From positions 192,264,001 through 192,328,000 of the forward strand of contig NC_058368.1 in NCBI RefSeq assembly GCF_018350175.1: DNA of 64,000 nucleotides, read 5' to 3'. The translations under genes and the position numbers were made by a program. Positions 26,401 through 42,715 of this stretch are shown here, piece after piece. Position 1 is the first letter of the stretch. The number at the start of each line of letters is the position of its first letter. The notes below the pieces were generated by a model, which saw only the letters and a program-made list of their open reading frames with translations, was not told where the DNA came from and ran no database searches. Source of the stretch: Felis catus. Its lineage: Eukaryota.

Positions 26401-27740
26401 CTTTCTCCCTCCCTCTACGGAAGCCTCCGAGTTCCTGCGCTGCCTGGACGAGGCGAGTGCGCAAGTCTCCGGTTGCCCTCCCCTGCAGGAGACGCAGCTG
26501 TATTTACACCCGCGATGTTGTCATGGAGACCGCGAACGCGCTGCCTGCACTTCAGATGTGATCCGGCCAGCTTTGCCTGGGAATGAATGACTTTAATAAA
26601 GGCCAAAAACTAGTGAGTTTCCGGAAACTCATCAGGATCCCGAGAAATTGAGAAACTTCACCTCACAAACGTTCTGAAAGGATTAGAAAGAACAGAGACC
26701 GTGAAGAAGCCACCTAACGTGGGTGGGCCTCAGTTTTCGTGTCAGAGAAACAGAAATAACGATCCCTACCGCAGAGGCTTGCTGTAAAAATCACGAGATC
26801 ATGTGGAAAGCTCTTTTAAAGAAACAACAGCTCAAATACAAAGTACGATGTCCTAATCCCTGTTAATCTCCAGGTTGGCCTCCAAGAGATAAATTAATAT
26901 ACATCAGGAATTTGCTATTATATATGCCCGGCAGGCATTTCACTAAATCCCAAGTATTCCTCACAGCAATCCAACAAGGCATGGATTATCATCTTCCTTC
27001 TCCAATGAGGAAACAGATTCGTTTAGGGTAAATTCAGATAACTGGCAAAATCACTAATTCAGTGTAGGATTGGATGCCTCGGAAGGTAGTGCCCCTACCC
27101 ACAACCAAATATATGTTTGACCTCTCTGTATTAGAATCGATATTTCAGGTTTCCTTCGCTACAGATGCAGGAGTGCCAAGTACGCTATGCAAACAAGCAA
27201 CACAGGGGCAGGAGAGTGTAAACGCAGAATCTGACATTTCCATTCCTTTTCTTCCACAGCAGTCCCTTTCACAGAGTCGGCAATCAACGAGGCCATTCTA
27301 TTCTATTCCTCTTTGGGCACCAAGACTCTAGAGCCAGAATTTCCAGCCAGTTGCAGAATCTCCTCCTTTCCTTTCAGATTTCTGATTCGAACTTTTATCT
27401 TTTTGCTACCTGGCTTGCTGTAGGTATCTTTAAAGAATCTCCAGAGTTAGCAAAGGGCCCAGAGCGTTCAAAAATACTTGACGGGATAGAGGTTGAACAG
27501 GTCCAAAAAGTAAAGCTGCTGTGCGGGGAGGTGACTCCGCTAGACTAACCCTTTAATTATGTGCCTTGCTGTAGAAGGTGAAAATGCCTAACCCCCAGGC
27601 TGGACTGTGGCAGCACCAGACCTTCCGGCCCTGGGCGGGGCTGCGGGGCAGAGCGCCAGGCTCGCGTCAGCGTTCTTCCCAGCCCGGGGGCTGCGGGAGC
27701 GGAGCGCGCGGTGCCTCCTGGGCCTCGGCGCGCGCCGTAG

Positions 27741-28136
<396 letters not shown>

Positions 28137-28650
28137 TAGGCAGAAAGATCTCTCAGAGTCACTAAGCTTAGTTGCGTCCGCATCTCCAAGATTGAGCTAC
28201 ACCACGTTGTGGCTGAGCAGTCCCGCCTCCTGGTGCTCTCACGTCGGACCGCTCACTCCCTGAAGTTATCCCTATCTAGACCCAGGCATTTGTAACATGT
28301 GTGGCCTCCCTCCCCCTACGCAGCGCGCGCCGGCCCCCTAGAAGCCTTTCTGGGTTTAAGGGGCTGCCTACAGCGCCAGGCCCTACGCAAGATCCTGCAA
28401 ATACAGAATACTCGTTGCTGTAAGATTAATGTGTTGAGCCAGATGCTTTCGGGCTCCAAATTAGATTTTGATCATGCCTTGGGATGTGGCAAGCCAGGTA
28501 TTTCTTGTTTCCCAAATGACCTCTGGCCAGATCTAAATAAGAATCACTTTTACATTCTTCATTTGAGCCACTCCTCAGCCTGTGAACGGTCAGCACCAAG
28601 GGATAGCAACAGCATTTTACCGTTGAAAAGAGTGAGGCTCAAGGAGATAA

Positions 28651-29028
<378 letters not shown>

Positions 29029-29149
29029 TAGATATCTGTGCTGAGGGTTCTTTTGTTTCAAGTCTGCTAGCTCATCTGTTAATTTTTATGATAATGTTCA
29101 TTAAGAATAAGATGCCTCAAAACTTTTTTGGAAGGAGATAACATATAAA

Positions 29150-29345
29150 TCAGAGATCAGCAAACTACAGTGTGCTGCCTGTTTTTGCAGATTGCTTTAT
29201 TGGAATACTACCACAGTCAATTCATTTAAGTATTGGCTGCTTGCATGCTACAAGGCAGACTTGGGTAGTTGCACTAGAGACAGTATGGCCCACAAATCAA
29301 AAAACATCTACTATCTGGTTCTGTCCATGAAAAAGACTCCTAATA
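29150..29345 (+). mobile_element. MER58A-like DNA transposon fossil
   Basis: cagcaaactac...gcctgtttttg...ttattggaa...agagacagtatggcccacaaa. Confidence 0.75.
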
Positions 29346-29619
29346 TAAACTGTAAACGCGTGAATAAAACTTGTTTCTAAACCAGATGATTACTTGATAA
29401 ACCTGCCTTTTCAGAGAGTGTAGAAAAGGAGAAGACTCATTTAATCTTAGTAAGAACTTTGCATTCAGTTATTAAAGGAAGAAATGGTTTTAATGGTTCC
29501 TTAATCCTTAGGAGCTTAAATTCTTCTACCACTTGGTTAATGTACTCTTGGCATACAAGTGGTACTAACACTAATTAAGTACCCCTCAACGTGCCTAGTA
29601 TAGTACAGGTTTAAAATGA

Positions 29620-29859
<240 letters not shown>

Positions 29860-31614
29860 TAAGTACTATCCCCTCTGTATTGGTAATTTATTTTTGTTAA
29901 TGAGCATATTTTGCATTTGCTTTATCTTTTCCTGTCCCTTTATTCTTCAAAGGAAATGATTTATAGGTATTAACCACTCCTTGGGCCCTTGGTAGCCTTT
30001 ATTCCTATGACCTCCAGGTCCTCGCTATCTCTCTCGCTGTCTTTTTATTTCCTTAGTTTCTTCGATAATGTACTTTGCTCATTCTTCATATCTGATTTCT
30101 TCAGTCAGCCTCCAAATGTAGGAAATACCCTCTTTCCCCCCTTTTCTCCCTCAGTACTCAGGCTTAGAGATAACATTTACTCCCGGAGTGTCAGAGGACT
30201 CAGTTCTGTCCTGGTTCTCAGCCCTCCCTCTGGATTGGGAGAGTGTTTTGGCATTGGGCTCTGCCTCCACCTTGATCAATCACCAAGGTTGTTTCACATG
30301 AACTGCCTTGAGCAGGCACCCCCCTTTCCCTCACCACTCCATTTACCTCTATCCCAAAGATGTCCTTTCACACTAGTTTGAACACATGACATAAGCACTA
30401 GAGTGTTGGAGGAGAAAGTATGGCGGGAGTGGACTCGAGACTGAAGGTACAGTAGCGAAGGTACACGTGGAGACAGCAAACTTTTGTTTGTTGAACAAAT
30501 GTGCGTAGACATGAAGCCAGAGGAGGTATGTGGCAGTTAAGGGAATATTAAATGGAAAATAATAAGGGCATGTTTTTATGCTGATGGAAATGAGGCAGAA
30601 GAGGGAGAGCTGAATACACGGAAAATGTAGTAAATACAGGAGTGATGTTGAGAAGTCAAGAGGGGATTGGATCCAGATTACAAGTAGAAAGGATAAGTGA
30701 GAACATGGAAATAGGGCAGGTGAGTTTGGAGATCTGGTTGGAAGAGGAGGGTGTTTCATCCTCCAGGCTTCTGCTTTTCTCCATGAGGCATAAATCAGAA
30801 GGTGGAGTCAGGTTCAGAGTGGGGCTGAAAGCATGCAGAAAGATGTGAAAATAGTCCTCTCAGAAAATAGGAAAATGAGCTTACTGAGAGAGAATGTAGG
30901 ACAAATGGTCCCTATTGAGTGCCAGGCTATGGATCAAAGTTATGAATTCAAAGTAAACTATTCAAGCTGATTGAGAAAGACTTTGGTTGGATTCAAGAAG
31001 GTTTGGGGTTTTGTGGAATAAATACCTCTAGGAGAGAGGGCACAAAGGAGCTAATGGTGTTTTTAAAGTTGTGATCATAATGATGGATCATGAAATCTGT
31101 GGCCTGAGGAGAAGGATAGGAAGACAGGTGTGGGAGCTTAATAGTGAAATGGAAGGGATCTGTGCATGCATGCATTGGTGGCCTGCTAGGTGAAGTGGCA
31201 GCAGTGGTGCACTGGGGCACTAGAGAGGGAGCAGAAAAGGTGGCAGGTAGGGATCAGAGAAGGTTGAATCAGACCAACCTTGAAAGATGAGCAAGAATTC
31301 ACGAGAAGAAATCTTTCAGGTATAAGGAACTGCATAGACACAGGATTGAATCAGAATGATTTGTTTCTGGAGGATCTTCAAAATGGTGATCCTTCTCTAA
31401 AGGGCTGATTAAAATTGCAGGACAGCTCGGTTACTGGACTATAAGGTTGCATAACTTGAAGGTTTTCAAAGTCTGTGTCTGCAAAGACCAATAACAGTCT
31501 ATGATTTTTTTTTTTAAATAAAGCTGTAATGGGGGAAATGTTTCTAATAAAAGAAAAATAAGTAGAGCTGGAATGTGTTTTTCCAGCTATCTAGTATGTA
31601 GGAAACATAAATAG

Positions 31615-32150
31615 GTATACCCGCTTTGGAGAGCAGTTTTGCACATTCTAGTAAAGCAAAGGTGTACACATCTTACACCCTGGCAGTTCCATTACTAGGC
31701 ATCAAATCTGAAATTGTCTTAAGTGTGCATAAGATTATTAATGTCATTTTTTTGTTTGTAATAGCAAAAAACAGAAGCCCTTCAAAAGGGAAAATGAATA
31801 AACTTGTGCTGTCTTCATCAAGGGAGTGCTATCCAATAGTACAAATGAGTGAAGGAACTAGAGTTACATGCTTCAACATGGATGACTCACTAACAGTGAG
31901 TGAAAAAAAAACAATCTACAGAAAAACAGACCTCATGATACCATTTCTATGAAGTTTTAAAACCTACAAAATCATCTTCTGTCATCTTTAGGAATCTATA
32001 CAAAGAAAGGCTAGGAATGTTGGAACACAGAATTCATCAATATCAGTTTACCTCTGGGAAAGAGGTTTGATTGGGGTGGGATGTACAAAGGATTTCAACT
32101 ATATTGGTAATTGGGTGTATTCTTTTCTTAAGCTGGTTCTTGGGTATTTA
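31615..32150 (+). mobile_element. Old L1M 3' fragment
   Basis: tttggagagcagtttt...gcagttccattactagg...aacatggatga-type L1M 3' motifs. Confidence 0.6.
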
Positions 32151-32673
32151 TGTGTGTGAAAAAACCATTAGAATTTCTCAGTTTCCTCTGAATTCAAAAA
32201 ATGATAGTCTTGAAATATCCAGATCTAGAAGCTACAGTACTGCAGCTTTTGTTAAGGTCATAGTTAGAGAAACAGGATCACGTATTTAAAAAGGGGCGGG
32301 GAATAGGTTTAAGTGCGTTAGGTCAAATTCATCTGGAATTAGAGGGATTGCTGGGCCCCACAAATAACCATTCTTCTGTAAGTTCCCTTCAAACACAAGC
32401 ATGCTTTACACCTTGAGCTTGCTGCCAGGCAGTGTATGCAATATTACTTAGTGCCAAGAGCTTGATTGGAGAGGTGGGGCACAAATGTGTCAGGACCACC
32501 AGGAAACAGAAAGTGAACACTTTGGAAAAAAGGACACAACAAGATTCTTTCTTCCCTTCCCTCTTCCCCCAAATACACTTACCTTTTAGAAATGTACAGT
32601 GATAACTCTTAAGTCAGAATGTTTACTGTTCTGTCTTCGTTTTCCAGTAATATTTCTAACTCTTGTTTTTTAG

Positions 32674-32825
32674 CTACAAGGATGGCATAGTGGTTATAAT
32701 TGACATCAGTAAGAAAGGAGAAGTTATTCACAGGCTTCGAGGCCACGATGATGAGATTCACTCCATAGCCTGGTGTCCCCTGCCTGGCGAAGATTGTTTA
32801 TCCATAAGTCAAGAGGAAAATTCAG
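32674..32825 (+). CDS. GEMIN5: GEMIN5 exon 4 ([30 protein letters not shown]...EENS)
   Basis: AG/GT, 152 nt. Confidence 0.95.
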
Positions 32826-33019
32826 GTAGAGATGATTTAAGACCTAAAGAACAATGTGGATAAAACTGTATCATTTGAATTACATTTAAAACTTTAGCTC
32901 TTACAGATCAGATCTATAAATGTAATATCTAAGTTTTAGGATCCCTTGAAAACTAGTTTTTCTTTTGACAAGTTCATGTTTCATGTAAATTAAAAACAAA
33001 ATTATCATCTCTACCCTAG

Positions 33020-33139
33020 AAGAACCTGCAATTCCCAATGGTAAAGTCACAGCACAAACTCCAGTAACAAAAGGCTGCTACTTAGCCACTGGAAGCAAAG
33101 ATCAGACCATTCGAATCTGGAGCTGCTCTAGAGGCCGAG
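33020..33139 (+). CDS. GEMIN5: GEMIN5 exon 5 (EPAIPNGK...[20 protein letters not shown])
   Basis: AG/GT, 120 nt; tandem TAG/AAG acceptor. Confidence 0.93.
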
Positions 33140-34205
33140 GTAAGATTCATGTTTGGTGTTTCTTTTGTGATATAACCTATAGTGACTGGTAGAAGTAGAA
33201 ACTTTTTTATTGTGTCTTGTTATCCTAAGAGTGTGTCATCAGCTAGAAGGCAGTTCTTTACTTTTCTATCCAGAAAGTTGCTTCACCAGTTTAGCCTGGG
33301 CTAGAACTCCCTGTGCTCTGAACATCTGACTTTGGTTTTGGACCAAAGAGGGTTTCTGATGCGTTCACAGAAGGGTCATCGTTTGTCATGGAAGGCAAGA
33401 TGTTGGTTATAAGGATAGGAATGTTGGAACTTGGCAAGGCCTGAATCAGAGGATTGGGAAAGATCTCTAGAGCTAAAGGTTTTAATACACAAATGCAGAA
33501 TAATACATACCCAGTGTAGAAGCGCATGTTTAAATGTTAAAGTTCATTTTATCCAAATTACAGGGACCCTCAGTCATTTGGCTTTCCCAGGCTTCTCTCT
33601 TTGAACAGAACTTTTGCCTTCAATATATAAATTGAGAGGAACTCCAAGCAGAGTGGATGTTACACTTATAGTAAAACTCTAGCCTTTGTCTTTATAGCAG
33701 TCTTTCTCTATATGCTTTAGTGCATATAAAGCAAATAGCATAGTGCTTGGCCATAATTCTAACATAGTCAGTGGTAACTAATAGAATAATTTTGGAAAAT
33801 GGAATTTTTTTAAAGAATTTTGGACTGCTTTTGGAGATACTAGGGCTGATACTCCCAGGTGGGACAACATAAGGCCCAGGATCCCTCCAGAAGGGTAACT
33901 TCTAAACCTTTGTTAGATTTCTTGCCACTCTCCCCTGCCAACTTTGGAGAATCTGGAGTTGTGTTACTACCTGGGTTCATAATTCCAGTTGAAACCCCAT
34001 TTTCCCAAACAGACAATATTAATGTGTGCTCAGGTTGCCAGGATAGCCTATAAAAAGTTTGTTTTACCTGAATTAGACAAGTATTAAAACTATGTGTAAT
34101 AACGTTTCCATGAGAAAATGAGGTCTGCATTCTAAGTAACCAAACTAACAAACTTTTAAACTGTACTGTGAACTGCTGGGGACTTCGCACGTGTGTTTTC
34201 ACTGA

Positions 34206-34373
<168 letters not shown>

Positions 34374-35110
34374 TAAGTTTTTCTGGTCATGCCCTCTCTG
34401 ACATATTTTGTTTTCCTCTCTAGCTTCTTGAGGAATTCCTAGGCTCCTCTTTCTTAGACATAGAAGATGGAAAAAGCAAGGGCTAAGGCTTATACTGTGA
34501 CAGGCCATTTGTAACGGAAAAATCATGGGACAGATACCTGTGTTGTCTACTTACAGTGCTGAAAAAAGACCAAATAAGTATAGCCTGGTAATTAAGAGCT
34601 TGGACTCCAAAGTCAGACCAAATTGCATTTCCAAATCAGTCTCTTACCTTCTATGTGTTCATGAGTGTGACCCTTCGAACTTCAATTACATCATGTGTAA
34701 AAGAGGGAGCTTAGAGAATTCCCATCTCTTTGGATGATTATAGCCATTCATTGAACAGAATTTAGTGAGTACTAGCTTCTAGTTGTTTGAGGTAATAAGT
34801 GAATTTAGCAGATAAAGGCCCTGATTTCAAATGAAATGGTACAGGGAAAGCAGATAAAAATCCCCCCTAAAATGCTGGTCATGGCCCTACTCTCCCACAC
34901 CATCCCAAAAAAGAGAGAGTATAGTATGTGTTTAAGCTTTGGGGCTGTGCAAATTATGGTGGCATTTTACTATAAAACTGTTAGGAAAATCTGTTCCAGA
35001 GGAAGTGCAGCACATTGATGGGGTTCAAAATTAGGTAAGAACCAGAGTTGCTCTGTCTCAAGCAACTAGGTTCCCTTCCCCATAGACAGTGACACTTTGT
35101 TTTTGTGTGA

Positions 35111-35452
<342 letters not shown>

Positions 35453-36323
35453 TAGTTTGCATTCACCATTGTAGGGCCCGTGATTTAGGAATTGGATAGG
35501 ATCAGAGGGCTTTTCAAACCATCCATCAGTTCTCACGCCCCGCCTTACACCCCCATGCCCAGCCCAATCTCAGAGTTACTGTTACTAACCAGAGCTAACT
35601 GTGGGAACAGCAGAGAGTTAGGGGAAAGGTGAGAAACCACCAAGATGCCTTTTTGTTAGAGCAGCTATGGTGAAAGATTGTAGATGTGTCCAGGGAAGGA
35701 TGTATGAGACCATCATGCTTTGGCTTTAAAATATTCTTGTCTATAGTTAAGGTAGCAGAACCATCTGCTCTTGATGAAATCTCCAAGAGAGAATTGGCTA
35801 TATTTAAGAATCTGTGACTTCATTGTTTTGCAGTTAGGCTAGGCTTATTTGATAGACTTTGTTTTCTCCCAAACCTCTCTGTTAAATGAGTGAAGATTAA
35901 AAATGTAGCATTCCTCCTTCCCCTGGGGATAAGATATTTTGCTTTTTGAGATAGCCCCTCTCATTTTCCCACTGTCCTGAGACCATCTTCATTCTTAGTT
36001 AGGATTTGCTAAATGAGATTACCAATGCTGTAGTACAGTACAGTGGAAAGGCTGCTGGACTCGGGGAAATGAGCGGCCTGGATCTGGTTTTATTCATTTA
36101 CCCTGAATTCACTTAACATCTCTGGGAATAAATATATTCTAAGATCCCTTTGGGCCTACAATTTATTACTTTTTCTTTTCCTAAGAGATACTTTTCCTAC
36201 TACCTATTAGAATAAATTATATTTGTATATTATATATTCTTTATATATTATTATTATATATTCTTTATATTACCCATTCTTTGAGTCCATCCTGTTTGAG
36301 ATGTTGATTCTTTTTCCTGTTTT

Positions 36324-36366
<43 letters not shown>

Positions 36367-36394
36367 TTTAAACCCTAACCCTGGATATTTTTAG

Positions 36395-36649
<255 letters not shown>

Positions 36650-37515
36650 TAAGTAGTTGTTTTAGTAAGAAATTTGGAATAACCTGCATGTGCACTCACA
36701 GAAAATACATAAAGTTATAAACATAATAAACAGTATCACACTATTAAAAATGATAATGTGGGTCTTTATTTGATGTGGAAAGATGTTGATGTTTCATGAA
36801 AAATGAAAATTACAAAACATGGAATGCAGGTTACACAACAATATGTATAATTTTTTTGTTTTTCTCCAAAGTGATACCTCTGTTGTGGCTCTTTAGTCTA
36901 AAAGCAGTAAATGTTTGTGGTTAAAAAGAAGACCATACAGAATTGTCATATCACTATAGTGTTCACCTGAAACTAATGCAACATTGCATGTCAATTATAC
37001 TTTAGTAAAAAAAAAAAATTGTACCAATTAAAAGGGAAAAAAAGAAAACCAAACAGTATAGGAGTGTAGGAAGCAAAATATTTTCCTACTCTCCACTCCA
37101 TGCTCCCACTTTCATTATCCAGAGAAGCACTGTTGACAACCTGTGATATATCTTTCCAAATTTTATTATTAACAGGATCTTATTTTCTAAACTATTCTGG
37201 AATCTTTTATCCCCACTCAACAGTGTTTCATACACATCATTTAAATATTTTAGCCTATTTTTTTTTCAACTGTATATATTTAACTTTATTCATAAAAAAT
37301 ATCTAGCAAGATATAAAATGGGCAGTGCGGTGTTTTGAATAAGTGAGATTACCAGTGACTTTCACATTGTTTTTAATACTTTGTTTCTTTTAAATAATGA
37401 GAATTTGTTACTTTTTAAATTAGGAGACGCCAAGAGTGAAAGTGTTCCATTTGGATGCTCAAAAGATAACCTAAGGGCTCCCTTAACAGTATGCCGCTTC
37501 CCTCATGTTTTCTAG

Positions 37516-37601
37516 CTGTGCTGGCACCCAACCAAGGAAGGCTGTTTAGCTTTTGGAACTGATGATGGAAAAGTGGGATTGTATGACACCTACTCCAACA
37601 A
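37516..37601 (+). CDS. GEMIN5: GEMIN5 exon 9 (LCWHPTKEGCLAFGTDDGKVGLYDTYSN)
   Basis: AG/GT, 86 nt. Confidence 0.94.
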
Positions 37602-38329
37602 GTAAGAAATAAAAGATTGTTTAGCCCATTGACCATAATGTAGATGATGGAGTTAATTTTGATTCATAAACCTGGGTATATGGTCGGAATTGGCCTGGGA
37701 AACATCTTTCAGATTCTGGCTCTGAGTCTGAGGCTTACAGCTTGGAATTTGATTTTTAAAAAATGTTTCAGGTGGTGGTTCAGCCTGTCTGACCTATGGG
37801 TACCACTAAAATAAACCATTGGTTTTTTTCCCTCAGCTTTTCTTAACAAAAGTTCTCAGGCATCCATGAACATTGAAAGCGTAGTACAAAGAACATCTCT
37901 GCCTTCCATCTAGATTCACCAACTGTTAACAGTTTGCCATACTTGCCTTATTTTTGCACACTTAAAATTAACAGTAATTCCGTAATATCTAATATCCAGT
38001 CGATGTACAGATTTCCTCAATTCAACCAAAAATGCTTTTCCTAGCTATTTTTTTTTTTTTTTTCAAATTCATTTTTAGTTTGGGTTCACACACTGCATTT
38101 TGTTAGGTCTCCTTAGTCTCTCTTATTCTAGAATACCACCCCCACTTCTTTCATAACATTTGCCTTTTCAGTTTGAAGATTCTGGGTAAGTTTTTTGTAG
38201 AATATTTTACATTTTGGTCTTTGTGTTGACTTCTAACTCATATCAGTATTCCCTATATGTCCTGTAAACTAGAAGTTATGTATTGAGCTTCATCGTCCAT
38301 TCTGGTTGTCCTCAGCCAAGGGGACTACT

Positions 38330-39055
38330 GGGATATGCTGTCAGTGTAAAATGCATGCCAGAGTTCAGAGATAGTCCCTCCCCCGCCTCCAAATTAAAAT
38401 GTCTCAGTAATTATTTTGATTATATTTTAAAAGATAATACTTCTGTATATTGAGCTAAATAAAATACATTATTAAAATTGAATTTCACTTATTTCTTTTG
38501 CTTCTGTTAATGTGGCTACAAGAAAGTTTTAAGATGCCTATGTGGTTCATACATAAAACTCACATTATGCAACTGTTGAACACAGTTATCCTAGATGCTT
38601 GAGTAGATTCCATACCTGCACCGTTCAGTTTGATAGCCACATGTGGCTATTTACAGTTAAAAGAACTAAAATTTAATAAAATGAGAAGTTCAGTTCCTTG
38701 GTCTCATGAGCCACATTTCAAGTGCACAAGGCCCAGTGCTTACTGAGCAGCACTGTTCTAGACCAGGGATTGGGGAGCCATGGCTCATGAATTAAGAATG
38801 GTTCTACCTTTTTAAATTATTGGGAAAATATTAAAGAATATTTCATCACATGAAAATTAAAATTCAGATTTCAGTGTCCATAAACAAAGCTCTTATTGGA
38901 ACCCGGCCACACTCATTTGTTCACACCTTATCGGAGCCTGCTTTCACACTACCAGAGCAGGGTGGGGGAGTTATGACAGAGACCTCAAGGCTCAAAAAGC
39001 CTTAGATATTTACTGTCTGTCCTTTTACAGGGTAAGTTTGCCTACCTGTTCCAGA
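38330..39055. mobile_element. hAT fossils (MER3/MER33-like ~38330-38760; MER58-like ~38763-39055)
   Basis: tagccacatgtggctattt..., gccacatttcaagtgc; ttattggaac..gccacactcatttgtt...atatttactgtctgtccttttacag. Confidence 0.65.
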
Positions 39056-40181
39056 TCATTCATTTCTAAGTAAGAATTATTTACTATACTCAGAGTTAAC
39101 CTTTTTAGATGCAATTTTGAGGTACACATGTGAACCTACATGCACTTAGTTACCTGCATTCTTTCGTTCTGCAGCTGGTTAACTCCACTTTCAATTCTCA
39201 AAAAATAATACACTATTGCAAAGAGGCATGTAAGAAAATAAAACTATATGTCATCACAAAACCGACTAATTCCATGAAATTACTATCTTCTGGTTATTAT
39301 GAGGTGTGTAGTAGAAGGAAGGGTGCTGCCCTAGATACACTGTTAGGCATTCAGCCACAGATACTTACTCTGTTTCTGTCAGCCCAGAGAAATTGGGGTT
39401 TATTGTCCAGAATGGCAACAACAAATGTGCCAGAAACATAGAAATAAATAAGTCAGCAGCTAGTTTTGTCATAGGTTCTGGATTCCTGGAATTCTCAAAT
39501 CCTACAAAGAATACAGTTTACAGTAAAGGTAACAGCCACACTGCCCATTACTGACACCTCACATGTCATTAATCACCACAGCCTTCAAAATTACCCTCAA
39601 GAGCAAATTTTCTTACAAAAACTTTAAAACTGAACTAATCTAAAATCTTGTCTTAGTTTAAGAATATGATATTAATGACAGGGTAAGCCTAAAATGACTT
39701 CTAGTCTTTTATCTAAAGGGGAGATGGGTTATATTTATATGATGACTGTATATGCTTAGCAGTAACCTTAGTTCTGGGCTGACTAGTTTGCATTTTCTGC
39801 CTTGTTCAGTATTTCTCCAGTTGCGATAGCCTTTACAGTGCTTATAACTACAGTAATATTAGAATACGTGACATTTAAGTAAAGTGGGCAACTCAGAGAT
39901 GGGGGGGAAAAGTTATTACAAACTGGCCAGATTTGGGGGGGGATAATATTTTTTTCTGGGTAAAGTGTGCTTGGGACTTTATCATTTTGGTAGTAGATAT
40001 CATTACATGGTATATTATTGAAGTGTTGGCTTCTCTACAATCAGCTATTTGGAGAAGGATGCTGTTAAATTGCTTTTCTCTAACATCAGCAACTAATAAG
40101 GGAGCTTTTAGAAAAAGATGGGTCTGTTTTTCCACTGTGTCTTCTGTTTAAATCTTTCTTTGTAATCCCCCTTCCCTCCAG

Positions 40182-40264
40182 ACCGCCACAGATTTCTAGC
40201 ACGTATCATAAGAAGACTGTGTACACTTTAGCCTGGGGGCCACCACTGCCCCCCATTTCACTCG
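40182..40264 (+). CDS. GEMIN5: GEMIN5 exon 10 ([27 protein letters not shown])
   Basis: AG/GT, 83 nt. Confidence 0.94.
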
Positions 40265-40793
40265 GTGAGTATCTGAGCCATTCTCTAGCAAACATGAGAG
40301 TATTCTCTTTCTTTTAATTTAATTGTAAGACACTCAAGCTGGAAAGTTATAAATATTCTAGTGCAGTGACTGCTTATGCAGACTACTGTGTCCCCAGGGG
40401 TCCATGAGGGCAGTCATAGCAGGTGATGTTAGAAATCATTCGCCCATATTAAGCGTCCCCAAACTCTTAAGCATTATTTGGTCTCTTCTAGCTGAATTTT
40501 TCCATTGTGCATGTAGTTGTCTCATGTTGGCTCCTGGTATCCAACCTAAAATTTGTTCACCAAAATTTGCTATCACTTTTTAATTTGATCAGAATTAGAA
40601 TATTATTTAACTATAGTAATGCAGTAATGATTATCTGTTTTCACCTATAGTTACAGCAAACTTAGAATTCCTGAAATGATCTCTTGTCTTTACTGTATTC
40701 TGACCCTTTCCCTCTTCTGGCTGCTCAGCCCTCTCTTTCTTATCCCTAAAAAGATAGGTCTTTCAGAGTATCTTTTAAATTAAGTGTATTCAT

Positions 40794-41000
40794 GGGGTGC
40801 TTGGATGGCTCAGCTGGTCTAGCATCTGACCCTTCATTTCAGTTCAGGTCATGATCTCACAGTTCATGGGAGCCCATGTCGGGCTTCACGCTGACAGTAC
40901 AGAGCCTGCATGGGATTCTCCCTCTGCCCCTCTCCCACTCATGCATGCACTCCCTCCCTCCCTCTCTCTTTCAAAATAAATAAACTTTAAAAAAAAATCA
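40794..41000 (+). mobile_element. Carnivore SINE
   Basis: SINEC motifs. Confidence 0.85.
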
Positions 41001-41672
41001 GTCAGTGTACTCAGATGTATTTGGTTAACTTTTCTTAACCAGCTATAATGAAACATCTGTCCATTTCCATAGTAATTGCACTACACAGAGACGATAATGG
41101 AAGTCATGGGAACTCAAGCAGCCCCGTAGTTGTAGTTCATTCCTTCATTCATTTAACAACTGCTTATTGGATTCTTGATTTGCACCAGGCATAGTTCTAG
41201 CAGTAGTGAAAATAAAACTTGTCCTTACAGAAACCAACAAGAACCACTGTTTGCTTGTTAAAGGTCAACAAGAAGATTGCCATAATACATAAAGAAATCA
41301 TTGCTCTGAGGACAGCTTGTGACTTCCTATAACTTAGAGTTAGTCATAGGAAAGCCTGCAGCTCCATATATTTAAATGCCCAAAGAGTAGGGTGCTCATT
41401 TCTGAAACAAAAGGCAAATTCTCATAAACACTGAGAAGATGTTTTTTGACCCCAACTTTGGCACCCGTACTATTTGAATGGCAGAAGAGTGTTTAAAGCA
41501 GATCTGTTACATTAGAAATATTAGTTTAGATTTAGTGTCTTTTTACTTCTCCCAACAACTGTGTTCATATACAAAGAACAGTGACTTTATTCTGGTGTGT
41601 TAATATAATTCTTTTAAAACAACTCAGACTATGCTATACTTGTACTGTAGTAACCAGTAGTTAAGCTGCTGA

Positions 41673-41912
<240 letters not shown>

Positions 41913-42603
41913 TAATAAATGCCATTATTAAAGATATCCATTATGCTCACTCAGATTTCTTAGATGTTCTTAAGAGCTTCAGTGAATTTGTGATTTATAA
42001 AACATAATGTAGAAGTCATTATACCTGAGTAAAGCAAGGAACTTAACCACAAAAAAAAAAAAGTTTGTCTCAATTGCCATGGTGATTTATGATAAACTTT
42101 CAGATTTTGGATATGAAGCATCCTTTTTAGGCTAGCTACTTCCTCCAGAGTGAGACCTTGGTAAAGATAACTATAATATGGTGGCCAAGTGTGGCTAGAA
42201 GGTATTTTGCTCAAGACAGAATTGCCGTTTTAATTTTCCATTTTTTAGTGAAATAGTTAACACATTTACACAAAAATAATACAAATAATTCCCTTTTATC
42301 CTTGACCCAGATATCCACATTTAATCACTTTTGCCTTACCATTTTATCAACGTCAGAACTGTCTTTTGAAGTGAAATATGTTGAGAGTTCTTTTACTCTT
42401 TCAAATGAGTATTTTTATTGGTGCTCATTATTTTTGAATGGCTAGCATAAAAATTACATTTAGTCATAAACTGAATTATTTTTATTGACTATATCCCTTC
42501 ATTAAATGTCTCAACATTAACATTCAGCAATGAATAAAAGAGACAAAATTCCTGTTCCTAATGAGCTTTTAGTTTTGTGGCAGTTGAATATATATACAAG
42601 GAA

Positions 42604-42715
42604 GGGTGCCTGGCTGGCTCAGTCAGTGAAGTATGCGACTCTTGATTTTGGGGATGTGGTTTCAAGCCCCATATTGGGTGTAGAGATTACTTAAAAGTAA
42701 AATCTTTAAAAAAAA
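42604..42715 (+). mobile_element. Short carnivore SINE lacking the CT-rich body
   Basis: gggtgcctggctggctcag...gggtgtagagattacttaaa. Confidence 0.8.

Noticed and set aside
36369..36382. Telomere-like taaaccctaaccct
   Set aside because: Only two units; better explained as the branch-point region (ccctaac) of GEMIN5 exon 8.
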